This document shows positions 1 through 14,329 of a stretch of 64,000 bases of DNA, in pieces; the first letter of the stretch is position 1; each line of letters opens with the position of its first letter. The position numbers and the translations under genes were made by a program. The notes beneath the pieces were generated by a model. The model was not told where the DNA came from. It worked only from the letters and a program-made list of their open reading frames with translations, and searched no databases. Where the stretch lies: NCBI RefSeq assembly GCF_046119375.1, contig NW_027362762.1, forward strand, positions 864,962,001 to 865,026,000, in the 5' to 3' direction. This DNA comes from Phyllobates terribilis. Lineage: Eukaryota.

Positions 1-3000
1 ACCACCCTTCCAAGGGGCATTGATATTGTCTTTTTATTCCACTGGGACCTCCACGTCTCTTCCAAGGGGCATTAAAACTGTCTTGTTAAACCACTTTGAA
101 TTCCGCATCTCTTCCAAGGGGCATTAAAACCGTCTTGTTAAGCTACTGTGACCTCCACGTCTCTTCCTAGGGGCATTGATATTGTCTTTTTATTCCACTG
201 TAACCTCCACTACTGTTCCAAGGGGCATTGATATTGTCTTTTTATTCCACTGGGACCTCCACCACTTTTCCAAGGGGCATTGATATTGTCTTTTTATTCC
301 ACTGGGACCTTCACGTCTCTTCCAAGGGGCATTAAAACCATCTTGTTAAACCACTCTGATCTCCACGTCTCTTCCAAGGGGCATTGATATTGTCTTTTTA
401 TTCCACTGCGACCTCAACCACTCTTCCAAGGGGCATTGATATTGTCTTTTTATTGCACTGTAACCTCCACCACTCTTCCTAGGGGCATTGATCTTCTCTT
501 TTTATTCCACTGTAACCTCCACCACTGTTCCAAGGAGCATTGATATTGTCTTTTTATTCCACTGGGACCTCCACGTCTCTTCCAAGGGGCATTAAACTGT
601 CTTGTTAAACCACTTTGAATTCCGCGTCTCTTCCAAGGGACATTAAAGCCGTCTTGTTAAGCTACTGTGACCACGAAGTCTCTTCCTAGGGGCATTGATA
701 TTGTCTTTTTATTCCACTGTAACCTCCACCACTCTTCCAAGGGGCATTGATATTGTCTTTTTATTCCACTGGGACCTCCACCACTCTTCCAAGGGGCATT
801 GATATTGTCTTTTTATTCCACTGGGACCTCCACGTCTCTTCCAAGGGGCATTAAAACAGTCTTGTTAAACCACTCTGAACTCCACGTCTTTTCCAAGGGG
901 CATTAAAACCGTCTTGTTAAGCTACTGTGACCTTCACGTCTCTTCCAAGGGGCATTAAAACCGTCTTGTTAAGCTACTGTGACCTCCACCTCTCTTCCAA
1001 GGGGCATTGATATTGTCTTTTTATTCAACTGTGACCTCCACCACTCTTCCAAGGGGCATTGATATTGTCTTTTTATTCCACTAGAACCTCCACCACTGTT
1101 CCAAGGGGCATTGATATTGTCTTTTTATTCCACTGCGACCTCCACCACTCTTCCAAGGGGCATTGATATTGTGTTTTTATTCCACTGGGACCACCACCAC
1201 CCTTCCAAGGGGCATTGATATTGTCTTTTTATTCCTCTGGGACCTCCACCACATTTCCAAGGGGCTTTGATATTGTCTTTTTATTCCACTGGGACCTCCA
1301 CCACTCTTCCAAGGGGCATTGATATTGTCTTTTTATTCCACTGGGACCTCCACGTCTCTTCCAAGGGGCATTAAAACTGTCTTGTTAAACCACTCTGAAC
1401 TCCATGTCTCTTCCAAGGGGCATTAAAACCGTCTTGTTAAGCTACTGTGACCTCCACGTCTCTTCCTAGGGGCATTGATATTGTCTTTTTATTCCACTGT
1501 AACCTCCACTACTGTTCCAAGGGGCATTGATATTGTCTTTTTATTCCACTGGGACCTCCACCACTTTTCCAAGGGGCATTGATATTGTCTTTTTATTCCA
1601 CTGGGACCTTCACGTCTCTTCCAAGGGGCATTAAAACCGTCTTGTTAAACCACTCTGAACTCCACGTCTCTTCCAAGGGGCATTGATATTGTCTTTTTAT
1701 TCCACTGCGACCTCAACCAATCTTCCAAGGGGCATTGATATTGTCTTTTTATTGCACTGTAACCTCCACCACTGTTCCAAGGAGCATTGTTATTGTCTTT
1801 TTATTCCACTGGGACCTCCACGTCTCTTCCAAGGGGCATTAAAACTGTCTTGTCAAACCACTTTGAATTCCGCGTCTCTTCCAAGGGACATTAAAACCGT
1901 CTTGTTAAGCTACTGTGACCTCCACGTCTCTTCCTAGGGGCATTGATATTGTCTTTTTATTCCACTGTAACCTCCACCACTCTTCCAAGGGGCATTGATA
2001 TTGTCTTTTTATTCCACTGGGACCTCCACCACTCTTCCAAGGGGCATTGATATTGTCTTTTTATTCCACTGGGAGCCTCCACGTCTCTTCCAAGGGGCAT
2101 TAAAACTGTCTTGTTAAGCTACTGTGACCTCCACGTCTCTTGCAAGGGGCATTAAAACTGTCTTGTTAAACCACTCTGAACTCCACGTCTCTTCCAAGGG
2201 GCATTAAAACCATCTTGTTAAGCTACTGTGACCTCCACGTCTCTTCCAAGGGACATTAAAACCGTTTTTTTAAGCTACTGTGACCTCCACGTCTCTTCCA
2301 AGGGGCATTGATATTGTCTTTTTATTCCACTGCGACCTCAACCACTCTTCCAAGGGGCATTGATATTGTCTTTTTATTGCACTGTAACCTCCACCACTCT
2401 TCCTAGGGGCATTGATCTTGTCTTTTTATTCCACTGTAACCTCCACCACTGTTCCAAGGAAAATTGATATTGTCTTTTTATTCCACTGGGACCTCCACCA
2501 CTCTTCCAAGGGGCATTGATATTGTCTTTTTATTCCACTGGGACCTCCACCACTCTTCCAAGGGGCATTGATATTGTCTTTTTATTACACTGGGACCTCC
2601 ACCACTTTTCCAAGGGGCATTGATATTGTCTTTTTATTCCACTGTAACCTCCACGGCTCTTCCAAGGGGCATTGATATTGTCTTTTTATTCCACTGGAAC
2701 CTCCACGTCTCTTCCAAGGGGCATTAAAACTGTCTTGTTAAGCTACTGTGACCTCCACGTCTCTTGCAAGGGGCATTAAAACTGTCTTGTTAAACCTCTC
2801 TGAACTCCACGTCTCTTCCAAGGGGCATTAAAACCATCTTGTTAAGCTACTGTGACCTCCACGTCTCTTCCAAGGGGTAGTAAAACCGTCTTGTTAAGCT
2901 ACTGTGACCTCCACCTCTCTTCCAAGGGGCATTGATATTGTCTTTTTATTCAACTGCGACCTCCACCACTCTTCCAAGGGGCATTGATATTGTCTTTTTA

Positions 3001-6000
3001 TTCCACTGTAACCTCCACCACTGTTCCAAGGGGCACTGATATTGTCTTTTTATTCCACTGGGACCTCCACCACTTTTCCAAGGGGCATTGATATTGTCTT
3101 TTTATTCCACTGGGACATCTACCACTCTTCCAATGGGCATTGATATTGTCTTTTTATTCCACTGGGACCTCCACGTCTCTTCCAAGGGGCATTAAAACTG
3201 TCTTGTTAAACCACTCTGAACTCCACGTCTCTTCCAAGGGGCATTAAAACCGTCTTGTTAAGCTACTGTGACCTCCACCTCTCTTCCAAGGGGCATTGAT
3301 ATTGTCTTTTTATTCCACTGGGACCTCCACGTCTCTTCCAAGGGGCATTAAAACCGTCTTGTTAACCCCCTTTGAACTCCACGTCTCTTCCAAGGGGCAT
3401 TAAAACCGTCTTGTTAAGCTACTGTGACCTTCACGTTTCTTCCAAGGGGCATTAAAACCATCTCGTTAAGCTACTGTGACCTCCACCTCTCTTCCAAGGG
3501 GCATTGATGTTGTCTTTTTATTCCACTGCGACCTCCATCACTCTTCCAAGGGGCATTGATATTGTCTTTTTATTCCACTGTAACCTCCACCACTGTTCCA
3601 AGGGGCATTGATATTGTCTTTTTATTCCACTGGGACCTCCACCACTTTTCCAAGGGGCATTGATATTGTCTTTTTATTCCACTGGGACCTCCACCACCCT
3701 TCCAAGGGGCATTGATATTGTCTTTTTATTCCACTGGGACCTCCACGTCTCTTCCAAGGGGCATTAAAACTGTCTTGTTAAACCACTTTGAATTCCGCAT
3801 CTCTTCCAAGGGGCATTAAAACCGTCTTGTTAAGCTACTGTGACCTCCACGTCTCTTCCTAGGGGCATTGATATTGTCTTTTTATTCCACTGTAACCTCC
3901 ACTACTGTTCCAAGGGGCATTGATATTGTCTTTTTATTCCACTGGGACCTCCACCACTTTTCCAAGGGGCATTGATATTGTCTTTTTATTCCACTGGGAC
4001 CTTCACGTCTCTTCCAAGGGGCATTAAAACCATCTTGTTAAACCACTCTGATCTCCACGTCTCTTCCAAGGGGCATTGATATTGTCTTTTTATTCCACTG
4101 CGACCTCAACCACTCTTCCAAGGGGCATTGATATTGTCTTTTTATTGCACTGTAACCTCCACCACTCTTCCTAGGGGCATTGATCTTCTCTTTTTATTCC
4201 ACTGTAACCTCCACCACTGTTCCAAGGAGCATTGATATTGTCTTTTTATTCCACTGGGACCTCCACGTCTCTTCCAAGGGGCATTAAACTGTCTTGTTAA
4301 ACCACTTTGAATTCCGCGTCTCTTCCAAGGGACATTAAAGCCGTCTTGTTGAGCTACTGTGACCTCCAAGTCTCTTCCTAGGGGCATTGATATTGTCTTT
4401 TTATTCCACTGTAACCTCCACCACTCTTCCAAGGGGCATTGATATTGTCTTTTTATTCCACTGGGACCTCCACCACTCTTCCAAGGGGCATTGATATTGT
4501 CTTTTTATTCCACTGGGACCTCCACGTCTCTTCCAAGGGGCATTAAAACAGTCTTGTTAAACCACTCTGAACTCCACGTCTTTTCCAAGGGGCATTAAAA
4601 CCGTCTTGTTAAGCTACTGTGACCTTCACGTCTCTTCCAAGGGGCATTAAAACCGTCTTGTTAAGCTACTGTGACCTCCACCTCTCTTCCAAGGGGCATT
4701 GATATTGTCTTTTTATTCAACTGTGACCTCCACCACTCTTCCAAGGGGCATTGATATTGTCTTTTTATTCCACTGGAACCTCCACCACTGTTCCAAGGGG
4801 CATTGATATTGTCTTTTTATTCCACTGCGACCTCCACCACTCTTCCAAGGGGCATTGATATTGTGTTTTTATTCCACTGGGAACACCACCACCCTTCCAA
4901 GGGGCATTGATATTGTCTTTTTATTCCTCTGGGACCTCCACCACATTTCCAAGGGGCTTTGATATTGTCTTTTTATTCCACTGGGACCTCCACCACTCTT
5001 CCAAGGGGCATTGATATTGTCTTTTTATTCCACTGGGACCTCCACGTCTCTTCCAAGGGGCATTAAAACTGTCTTGTTAAACCACTCTGAACTCCATGTC
5101 TCTTCCAAGGGGCATTAAAACCGTCTTGTTAAGCTACTGTGACCTCCACGTCTCTTCCTAGGGGCATTGATATTGTCTTTTTATTCCACTGTAACCTCCA
5201 CTACTGTTCCAAGGGGCATTGATATTGTCTTTTTATTCCACTGGGACCTCCACCACTTTTCCAAGGGGCATTGATATTGTCTTTTTATTCCACTGGGACC
5301 TTCACGTCTCTTCCAAGGGGCATTAAAACCGTCTTGTTAAACCACTCTGAACTCCACGTCTCTTCCAAGGGGCATTGATATTGTCTTTTTATTCCACTGC
5401 GACCTCAACCAATCTTCCAAGGGGCATTGATATTGTCTTTTTATTGCACTGTAACCTCCACCACTCTTCCTAGGGGCATTGATCTTGTCTTTTTATTCCA
5501 CTGTAACCTCCACCACTGTTCCAAGGAGCATTGTTATTGTCTTTTTATTCCACTGGGACCTCCACGTCTCTTCCAAGGGGCATTAAAACTGTCTTGTCAA
5601 ACCACTTTGAATTCCGCGTCTCTTCCAAGGGACATTAAAACCGTCTTGTTAAGCTACTGTGACCTCCACGTCTCTTCCTAGGGGCATTGATATTGTCTTT
5701 TTATTCCACTGTAACCTCCACCACTGTTCCAAGGGGCATTGATATTGTCTTTTTATTCCACTGTAACCTCCACCACTCTTCCAAGGGGCATTGATATTGT
5801 CTTTTTATTCCACTGGGACCTCCACCACTCTTCCAAGGGGCATTGATATTGTCTTTTTATTCCACTGGGACCTCCACGTCTCTTCCAAGGGGCATTAAAT
5901 TCGTCTTGTTAAACCACTCTGAAATCCACGTCTCTTCCAAGGGGCATTAAAACCGTCTTGTTAAGCTACTGTGACCTTCACGTCTCTTCCAAGGGGCATT

Positions 6001-9000
6001 AAAACCGTCTTGTTAAGCTACTGTGACCTCCACCTCTCTTCCAAGGGGCATTGATATTGTCTTTTTATTCCACTGCGACCTCCACCACTCTTCCAAGGGG
6101 CATTGATATTGTCTTTTTATTCCACTGTAACCTCCACCACTGTTCCAAGGGGCATTGATATTGTCTTTTTATTCCACTGGGACCTCCACTACTTTTCCAA
6201 GGGGCATTGATATTGTCTTTTTATTCCACTGGGATATCCACCACTCTTCCAAGGGGCATTGATATTGTCTTTTTATTCCACTGGGACCTCCACGTCTCTT
6301 CCAAGGGGCATTAAAACTGTCTTGTTAAACCACTCTGAACTCCACGTCTCTTCCAAGGGGCATTAAAACCGTCTTGTTAAGCTACTGTGACCTTCACGTC
6401 TCTTCCAAGGGGCATTAAACCGTCTTGTTAAGCTACTGTGACCTCCACCTCTCTTCCAAGGGGCATTGATATTGTCTTTTTATTCCACTGCGACCTCCAC
6501 CACTCTTCCAAGGGGCATTGATATTGTCTTTTTATTCCACTGTAACCTCCACCACTGTTCCAAGGGGCATTGATATTGTCTTTTTATTCCACTGGGACCT
6601 CCACCACTTTTCCAAGGGGCATTGATATTGTCTTTTTATTCCACTGGGACATCCACCACTCTTCCAAGGGGCATTGATATTGTCTTTTTATTCCACTGGG
6701 ACCTCCACGTCTCTTCCAAGGGGCATTAAAACTGTCTTGTTAAACCACTCTGAACTCCACGTCTCTTCCAAGGGGCATTAAAATCGGCTTGTTAAGCTAC
6801 TGTGACCTCCACCTCTCTTCCAAGGGGCATTGATATTGTCTTTTTATTCCACTTGGACCTCCACGTCTCTTCCAAGGGGCATTAAAACCGTCTTTTTAAC
6901 CCCCTTTGAACTCCACGTCTCTTCCAAGGGGCATTAAAACCATCTTGTTAAGCTACTGTGACCTTCACGTTTCTTCCAAGGGGAATTAAAACCATCTCGT
7001 TAAGCTACTGTGACCTCCACCTCTCTTCCAAGGGGCATTGATATTGTCTCTTTATTCCACTGCGACCTCCACCACTCTTCCAAGGGGCATTGATATTGTC
7101 TTTTTATTCCACTGTAACCTCCACCACTGTTCCAAGGGGCATTGATATTGTCTTTTTATTCCACTGGGACCTCCACCACTTTTCCAAGGGGCATTGATAT
7201 TGTCTTTTTATTCCACTGGGACCTCCACCACCCTTCCAAGGGGCATTGATATTGTCTTTTTATTCCACTGGGACCTCCACGTCTCTTCCAAGGGGCATTA
7301 AAACTGTCTTGTTAAACCACTTTGAATTCCGCATCTCTTCCAAGGGGCATTAAAACCGTCTTGTTAAGCTACTGTGACCTCCACGTCTCTTCCTAGGGGC
7401 ATTGATATTGTCTTTTTATTCCACTGTAACCTACACTACTGTTCCAAGGGGCATTGATATTGTCTTTTTATTCCACTGGGACCTCCACCACTTTTCCAAG
7501 GGGCATTGATATTGTCTTTTTATTCCACTGGGACCTTCACGTCTCTTCCAAGGGGCATTAAAACCGTCTTGTTAAACCACTCTGATCTCCACGTCTCTTC
7601 CAAGGGGCATTGATATTGTCTTTTTATTCCACTGCGACCTCAACCACTCTTCCAAGGGGCATTGATATTGTCTTTTTATTGCACTGTAACCTCCACCACT
7701 CTTCCTAGGGGCATTGATCTTGTCTTTTTATTCCACTGTAACCTCCACCACTGTTCCAAGGAGCATTGATATTGTCTTTTTATTCCACTGGGACCTCCAC
7801 GTCTCTTCCAAGGGGCATTAAAACTGTCTTGTTAAACCACGTTGAATTCCGCGTCTCTTCCATGGGACATTAAAGCCGTCTTGTTAAGCTACTGTGACCT
7901 CCAAGTCTCTTCCAAGGGGCATTGATAGTCTTTTTATTCCACTGTAACCTCCACCACTGTTCCAAGGGGCATTGATGTTGTCTTTTTATTCCACTGTAAC
8001 CTCCACCTCTCTTCCAAGGGGCATTGATATTGTCTTTTTATTCCACTGGGACCTCCACCACTCTTCCAAGGGGCATTGATATTGTCTTTTTATTCCACTG
8101 GGACCTCCACGTCTCTTCCAAGGGGCATTAAAACCGTCTTGTTAAACCACTCTGAACTCCACGTCTCTTCCAAGGGGCATTAAAACCGTCTTGTTAAGCT
8201 ACTGTGACCTTCACGTCTCTTCCAAGGGGCATTAAAACCATCTTGTTAAGCTACTGTGACCTCCACCTCTCTTCCAAGGGGCATTGATATTGTCTTTTTA
8301 TTCCACTGTGACCTCCACCACTCTTCCAAGGGGCATTGATATTGTCTTTTTATTCCACTGTAACCTCCACCACTGTTCCAAGGGGCATTGATATTGTCTT
8401 TTTATTCCACTGGGACCTCCACCACTTTTCCAAGGGGCATTGATATTGTCTTTTTATTCCACTGGGACATCCACCACTCTTCCAAGGGGCATTGATATTG
8501 TCTTTTTATTCCACTGGGACCTCCACGTCTCTTCCAAGGGGCATTAAAACTGTCTTGTTAAACCACTCTGAACTCCACGTCTCTTCCAAGGGGCATTAAA
8601 ATCGGCTTGTTAAGCTACTGTGACCTCCACCTCTCTTCCAAGGGGCATTGATATTGTCTTTTTATTCCACTTGGACCTCCACGTCTCTTCCAAGGGGCAT
8701 TAAAACCGTCTTGTTAACCCCCTTTGAACTCCACGTCTCTTCCAAGGGGCATTAAAACCATCTTGTTAAGCTACTGTGACCTTCACGTTTCTTCCAAGGG
8801 GAATTAAAACCATCTCGTTAAGCTACTGTGACCTCCACCTCTCTTCCAAGGGGCATTGATATTGTCTCTTTATTCCACTGCGACCTCCACCACTCTTCCA
8901 AGGGGCATTGATATTGTCTTTTTATTCCACTGTAACCTCCACCACTGTTCCAAGGGGCATTGATATTGTCTTTTTATTCCACTGGGACCTCCACCACTTT

Positions 9001-12000
9001 TCCAAGGGGCATTGATATTGTCTTTTTATTCCACTGGGACCTCCACCACCCTTCCAAGGGGCATTGATATTGTCTTTTTATTCCACTGGGACCTCCACGT
9101 CTCTTCCAAGGGGCATTAAAACTGTCTTGTTAAACCACTTTGAATTCCGCATCTCTTCCAAGGGGCATTAAAACCGTCTTGTTAAGCTACTGTGACCTCC
9201 ACGTCTCTTCCTAGGGGCATTGATATTGTCTTTTTATTCCACTGTAACCTACACTACTGTTCCAAGGGGCATTGATATTGTCTTTTTATTCCACTGGGAC
9301 CTCCACCACTTTTCCAAGGGGCATTGATATTGTCTTTTTAGTCCACTGGGACCTTCACGTCTCTTCCAAGGGGCATTAAAACCGTCTTGTTAAACCACTC
9401 TGATCTCCACGTCTCTTCCAAGGGGCATTGATATTGTCTTTTTATTCCACTGCGACCTCAACCACTCTTCCAAGGGGCATTGATATTGTCTTTTTATTGC
9501 ACTGTAACCTCCACCACTCTTCCTAGGGGCATTGATCTTGTCTTTTTATTCCACTGTAACCTCCACCACTGTTCCAAGGAGCATTGATATTGTCTTTTTA
9601 TTCCACTGGGACCTCCACGTCTCTTCCAAGGGGCATTAAAACTGTCTTGTTAAACCACGTTGAATTCCGCATCTCTTCCATGGGACATTAAAGCCGTCTT
9701 GTTAAGCTACTGTGACCTCCAAGTCTCTTCCAAGGGGCATTGATAGTCTTTTTATTCCACTGTAACCTCCACCACTGTTCCAAGGGGCATTGATGTTGTC
9801 TTTTTATTCCACTGTAACCTCCACCTCTCTTCCAAGGGGCATTGATATTGTCTTTTTATTCCACTGGGACCTCCACCACTCTTCCAAGGGGCATTGATAT
9901 TGTCTTTTTATTCCACTGGGACCTCCACGTCTCTTCCAAGGGGCATTAAAACCGTCTTGTTAAACCACTCTGAACTCCACGTCTCTTCCAAGGGGCATTA
10001 AAACCGTCTTGTTAAGCTACTGTGACCTTCACGTCTCTTCCAAGGGGCATTAAAACCATCTTGTTAAGCTACTGTGACCTCCACCTCTCTTCCAAGGGGC
10101 ATTGATATTGTCTTTTTATTCCACTGTGACCTCCACCACTCTTCCAAGGGGCATTGATATTGTCTTTTTATTCCACTGGAATCTCCACCACTGTTCCAAG
10201 GGGCATTGATATTGTCTTTTTGTTCCACTGCGACCTCCACCACTCTTCCAAGGGGCATTGATATTGTCTTTTTATTCCACTGGGACCACCACCACCCTTC
10301 CAAGGGGCATTGATATTGTCTTTTTATTCCTCTGGGACCTCCACCACTTTTCCAAGGGGCATTGATATTGTCTTTTTATTCCTCCTGGACCTCCACCACT
10401 TTTCCAAGGGGCTTTGATATTGTCTTTTTATTCCACTGGGACCTCCACCACTCTTCCAGGGGGCATTGATACTGTCTTTTTATTCCACTGGGACCTCCAC
10501 GTCTCTTCCAAGGGGCATTAAAACTGTCTTGTTAAACCACTTTGAATTCCGCATCTCTTCCAAGGGACATTAAAACCGTCTTGTTAAGCTACTGTGACCT
10601 CCACGTCTCTTCCTAGGGGCATTGATATTGTCTTTTTATTCCACTGTAACCTCCACCACTGTTCCAAGGGGCATTGATATTGTCTTTTTATTCCACTGTA
10701 ACCTCCACCACTCTTCCAAGGGGCATTGATATTGTCTTTTTATTCCACTGGGACATCCACCACTCTTCCAAGGGGCATTGATATTGTCTTTTTATTCCAC
10801 TGGGACCTCCACGTCTCTTCCAAGGGGCATTAAAATCGTCTTGTTAAACCACTCTGAACTCCACGTCTCTTCCAACGGGCATTAAAACCGTCTTGTTAAG
10901 CTACTGTGACCTTCACGTCTCTTCCAAGGGGCATTTAAGCCGTCTTGTTAAGCTACTGTGACCTCCACCTCTCTTCCAAGGGGCATTGATATTGTCTTTT
11001 TATTCCACTGTGACCTCCACCACTCTTCCAAGGGGCATTGATATTGTCTTTTTGTTCCACTGCGACCTCCACCACTCTTCCAAGGGGCATTGATATTGTC
11101 TTTTTATTCCACTGGGACCACCACCACCCTTCCAAGGGGCATTGATATTGTCTTTTTATTCCTCTGGGACCTCCACCACTTTTCCAAGGGGCATTGATAT
11201 TGTCTTTTTATTCCTCCTGGACCTCCACCACTTTTCCAAGGGGCTTTGATATTGTCTTTTTATTCCACTGGGACCTCCACCACTCTTCCAGGGGGCATTG
11301 ATACTGTCTTTTTATTCCACTGGGACCTCCACGTCTCTTCCAAGGGGCATTAAAACTGTCTTGTTAAACCACTTTGAATTCCGCATCTCTTCCAAGGGAC
11401 ATTAAAACCGTCTTGTTAAGCTACTGTGACCTCCACGTCTCTTCCTAGGGGCATTGATATTGTCTTTTTATTCCACTGTAACCTCCACCACTGTTCCAAG
11501 GGGCATTGATATTGTCTTTTTATTCCACTGTAACCTCCACCACTCTTCCAAGGGGCATTGATATTGTCTTTTTATTCCACTGGGACATCCACCACTCTTC
11601 CAAGGGGCATTGATATTGTCTTTTTATTCCACTGGGACCTCCACGTCTCTTCCAAGGGGCATTAAAATCGTCTTGTTAAACCACTCTGAACTCCACGTCT
11701 CTTCCAACGGGCATTAAAACCGTCTTGTTAAGCTACTGTGACCTTCACGTCTCTTCCAAGGGGCATTTAAACCGTCTTGTTAAGCTACTGTGACCTCCAC
11801 CTCTCTTCCAAGGGGCATTGATATTGTCTTTTTATTCCACTGTGACCTCCACCACTCTTCCAAGGGGCATTGATATTGTCTTTTTATTCCACTGGAACCT
11901 CCACCACTGTTCCAAGGGGCATTGATATTGTCTTTTTATTCCACTGCGACCTCCACCACTCTTCCAAGGGGCATTGATGTTGTCTTTTTATTCCACTGGG

Positions 12001-13293
12001 ACCACCACCACCCTTCCAAGGGGCATTGATATTGTCTTTTTATTCCACTGGGACCTCCACCACTTTTCCAAGGGGCTTTGATATTGTCTTTTTATCCCAC
12101 TGGGACCTCCACCACTCTTCCAAGGGGCATTGATATTGTCTTTTTATTCCACTGGGACCTCCACGTCTCTTCCAAGGGGCATTAAAACTGTCTTGTTAAA
12201 CCACTCTGAACTGCACGTCTCTTCCAAGGGGCATTAAAACCTTCTTGTTAAGCTACTGTGACCTCCACGTCTCTTCCAAGGGGCATTAAAACCATCTTGT
12301 TAAGCAACTGTGACCTCCACGTCTCTTCCAAGGGACATTAAAACCGTCTTTTTAAGCTACTGTGACCTCCACGTCTCTTCCAAGGGGCATTGATATTGTC
12401 TTTTTATTCCACTGCGACCTCAACCACTCTTCCAAGGGGCATTGATATTGTCTTTTTATTCCACTGGAACCTCCACCACTCTTCCTAGGGGCATTGATCT
12501 TGTCTTTTTATTCCACTGTAACCTGCACCACTGTTCCAAGGAACATTGATATTGTCTTTTTATTCCACTGGGACCTCCACCACTCTTCCAAGGGGCATTG
12601 ATATTGTCTTTTTATTCCACTGGGACCTCCACCACTCTTCCAAGGGGCATTGATATTGTCTTTTTATTCCACTGGGACCTCCACCACTTTTCCAAGGGGC
12701 AATGATATTGTCTTTTTATTCCACTGTAACCTCCACCGCTCTTCCAAGGGGCATTGATATTGTCTTTTTATTGCACTGGGACCTCCACGTCTCTCCCAAG
12801 GGGCATTAAAACTGTCTTGTTAAACCACTTTGAATTCCGCGTCTCTTCCAAGGGACATTAAAACCGTCTTGTTAAACTACTGTGACCTCCACGTCTCTTC
12901 CAAGGGGCATTAAAACCGTCTTGTTAAACCACCCTGAACTCCACGTCTCTTCCAAGGGGCATTAAAACCGTCTTGTAAAGCTACTGTGACCTCCACGTCT
13001 CTTCCAAGGGGCATTGATATTGTCTTTTTATTTCACTGCGACCTCCACTACTCTTCCAAGGGGCATTGATATTGTCTTTTTATTGCACTGTAACCTCCAC
13101 CACTCTTCCTAGGGGCATTGATATTGTCTTTTTATTCCACTGTAACCTCCACCACTCTTCCAAGGTGCATTGATATTGTCTTTTTATTCCACTGGGACCT
13201 CCACCACTGTTCCAAGGGGCATTGATATTGTATTTTTATTCCACTGTAACCTCCACCACTCTTCCAAGGGGCATTGATATTGTCTTTTTATTC
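1..13293. repeat. 52-bp tandem satellite (~255 monomers, open at the window's left edge) with three monomer classes and higher-order repeats
   Basis: Every monomer starts CTTCCAAGGGGCATT. Class A continues GATATTGTCTTTTTATTCCACT..., class B AAAACTGTCTTGTTAAACCACT..., class C AAAACCGTCTTGTTAAGCTACT.... Each is 52 nt by direct count. The array ends at ...TTTTTATTC|GCAATCC (13293). Confidence 0.97.
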
Positions 13294-13960
13294 GCAATCC
13301 TCTATGTCTGGAGGATGTGTTGCATCCCATTGTCCAACTGTGTCCCGGCTTCCACAATATTAGCCCAGTGTGAAGGCGTCAGTGAGATGGACCATCCCTG
13401 GCCAAATTCACTTGTCCACGCGAGGTGGCTGTGGACCTAGTGTGGGCACCCGGCCGCGGGGCGGCTGGGGACTGAGTGTGGGCACCCGGCCGCGGGGTGG
13501 CTGGGGACCGAGTATGGACACCCAGCCGCCCCCTGGAGGCTGGGGGCCAAGCGTGGACACCCGGCCACCGGGCGGCTGGGGACTGAGTATGGATACCAGG
13601 CCGCCGACGCAGCCATGACGTGGTGGCAGATTCCGCCTCCACATGCCTAAAAGGCCCAATTTCAAGTGCAAGCAAGCAGTATGGTATTGCAGCCTGGGGG
13701 TGGGTGAGTGGCAGGCTGCATACTTGCGCTTGTAGCGCAAGGAATGGGGGAGGTACAATTGAACACTGCCCTGGGACAAGGACTTGCACGGGGATAGTTG
13801 CAAATCTGCATCTTCTGATGCGGCAAGGATCACTTCTGATGGGCACACTTTTGGGCAATGACCTGGGTGTCAGAGATGCTTCCAGGGGTCTTCCCCATGC
13901 TGTTCCCATGTCTTTTCAGCACTGTATGCATGTGTCACACAGCACATGGCCAGATAAGGT
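13293..13960 (-). mobile_element. Decayed hAT-superfamily (Ac/ZBED-like) transposase fragment
   Basis: Minus-strand frames give LLALEIGPFRHVE (13637-13677, like the hAT 'PFxxVE' motif), ...YSVPSR, and VHSHLAWTSEFGQGWSISLTPSHWANIVEAG (motif at 13344-13418, like hAT 'T-D-x-W-T-S...Y-x-S-L-T-x-H-W'). Frameshifts and stops are present and the catalytic Asp is absent. Family call is from motif recall, not a search. Confidence 0.7.
13441..13610. repeat. 36-bp GC-rich minisatellite (~5 copies) inside the hAT relic
   Basis: Unit AGTGTGGGCACCCGGCCGCGGGGCGGCTGGGGACTG and variants; this explains the repetitive ORFs at 13370-13618 and 13379-13909. Confidence 0.85.
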
Positions 13961-14329
13961 TGTAAAATGTTAAAATGACATTTCCTGGTGAATGCATTTG
14001 TCACTGTTGAAAGCAATACAAAAGTGCAAAAACGTATAAAAAATGCTACTTGTGAACATAGCCCAAGGTATGGAGGAGTATTTTTGTTTTTGGTTATTTA
14101 TTTTACCTTATACACAAGTCTTTACCCTGGAAAGGATGTTCCTTAACATATTTCACAGGAAAGCAGTTTCAGTTTCGTTTTTGAACGTTTTATTGTGAGC
14201 CCGTAAAAGTGGCTTAATACCTCTGACCACGTTGTTGACAGCAGTGACCTGGAGTCCGAAATGCTTCCTGGGGCGATCACCATGCTGTCCCCATGTCATT
14301 TGAGCACTGTCACTATCGTTTTGGGCACA

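Noticed and set aside
1683-11135. Short ORFs inside the satellite (1683-1937, 4142-4432, 5427-5681, 10064-10303, 10953-11135)
   Set aside because: Chance open frames of the 52-mer with repetitive translations and no protein family signal.
1-13293. CRISPR-like look (constant CTTCCAAGGGGCATT alternating with variable segments)
   Set aside because: The variable segments are a few recurring variants of each other, not unique spacers; the context is eukaryotic and there are no cas genes.
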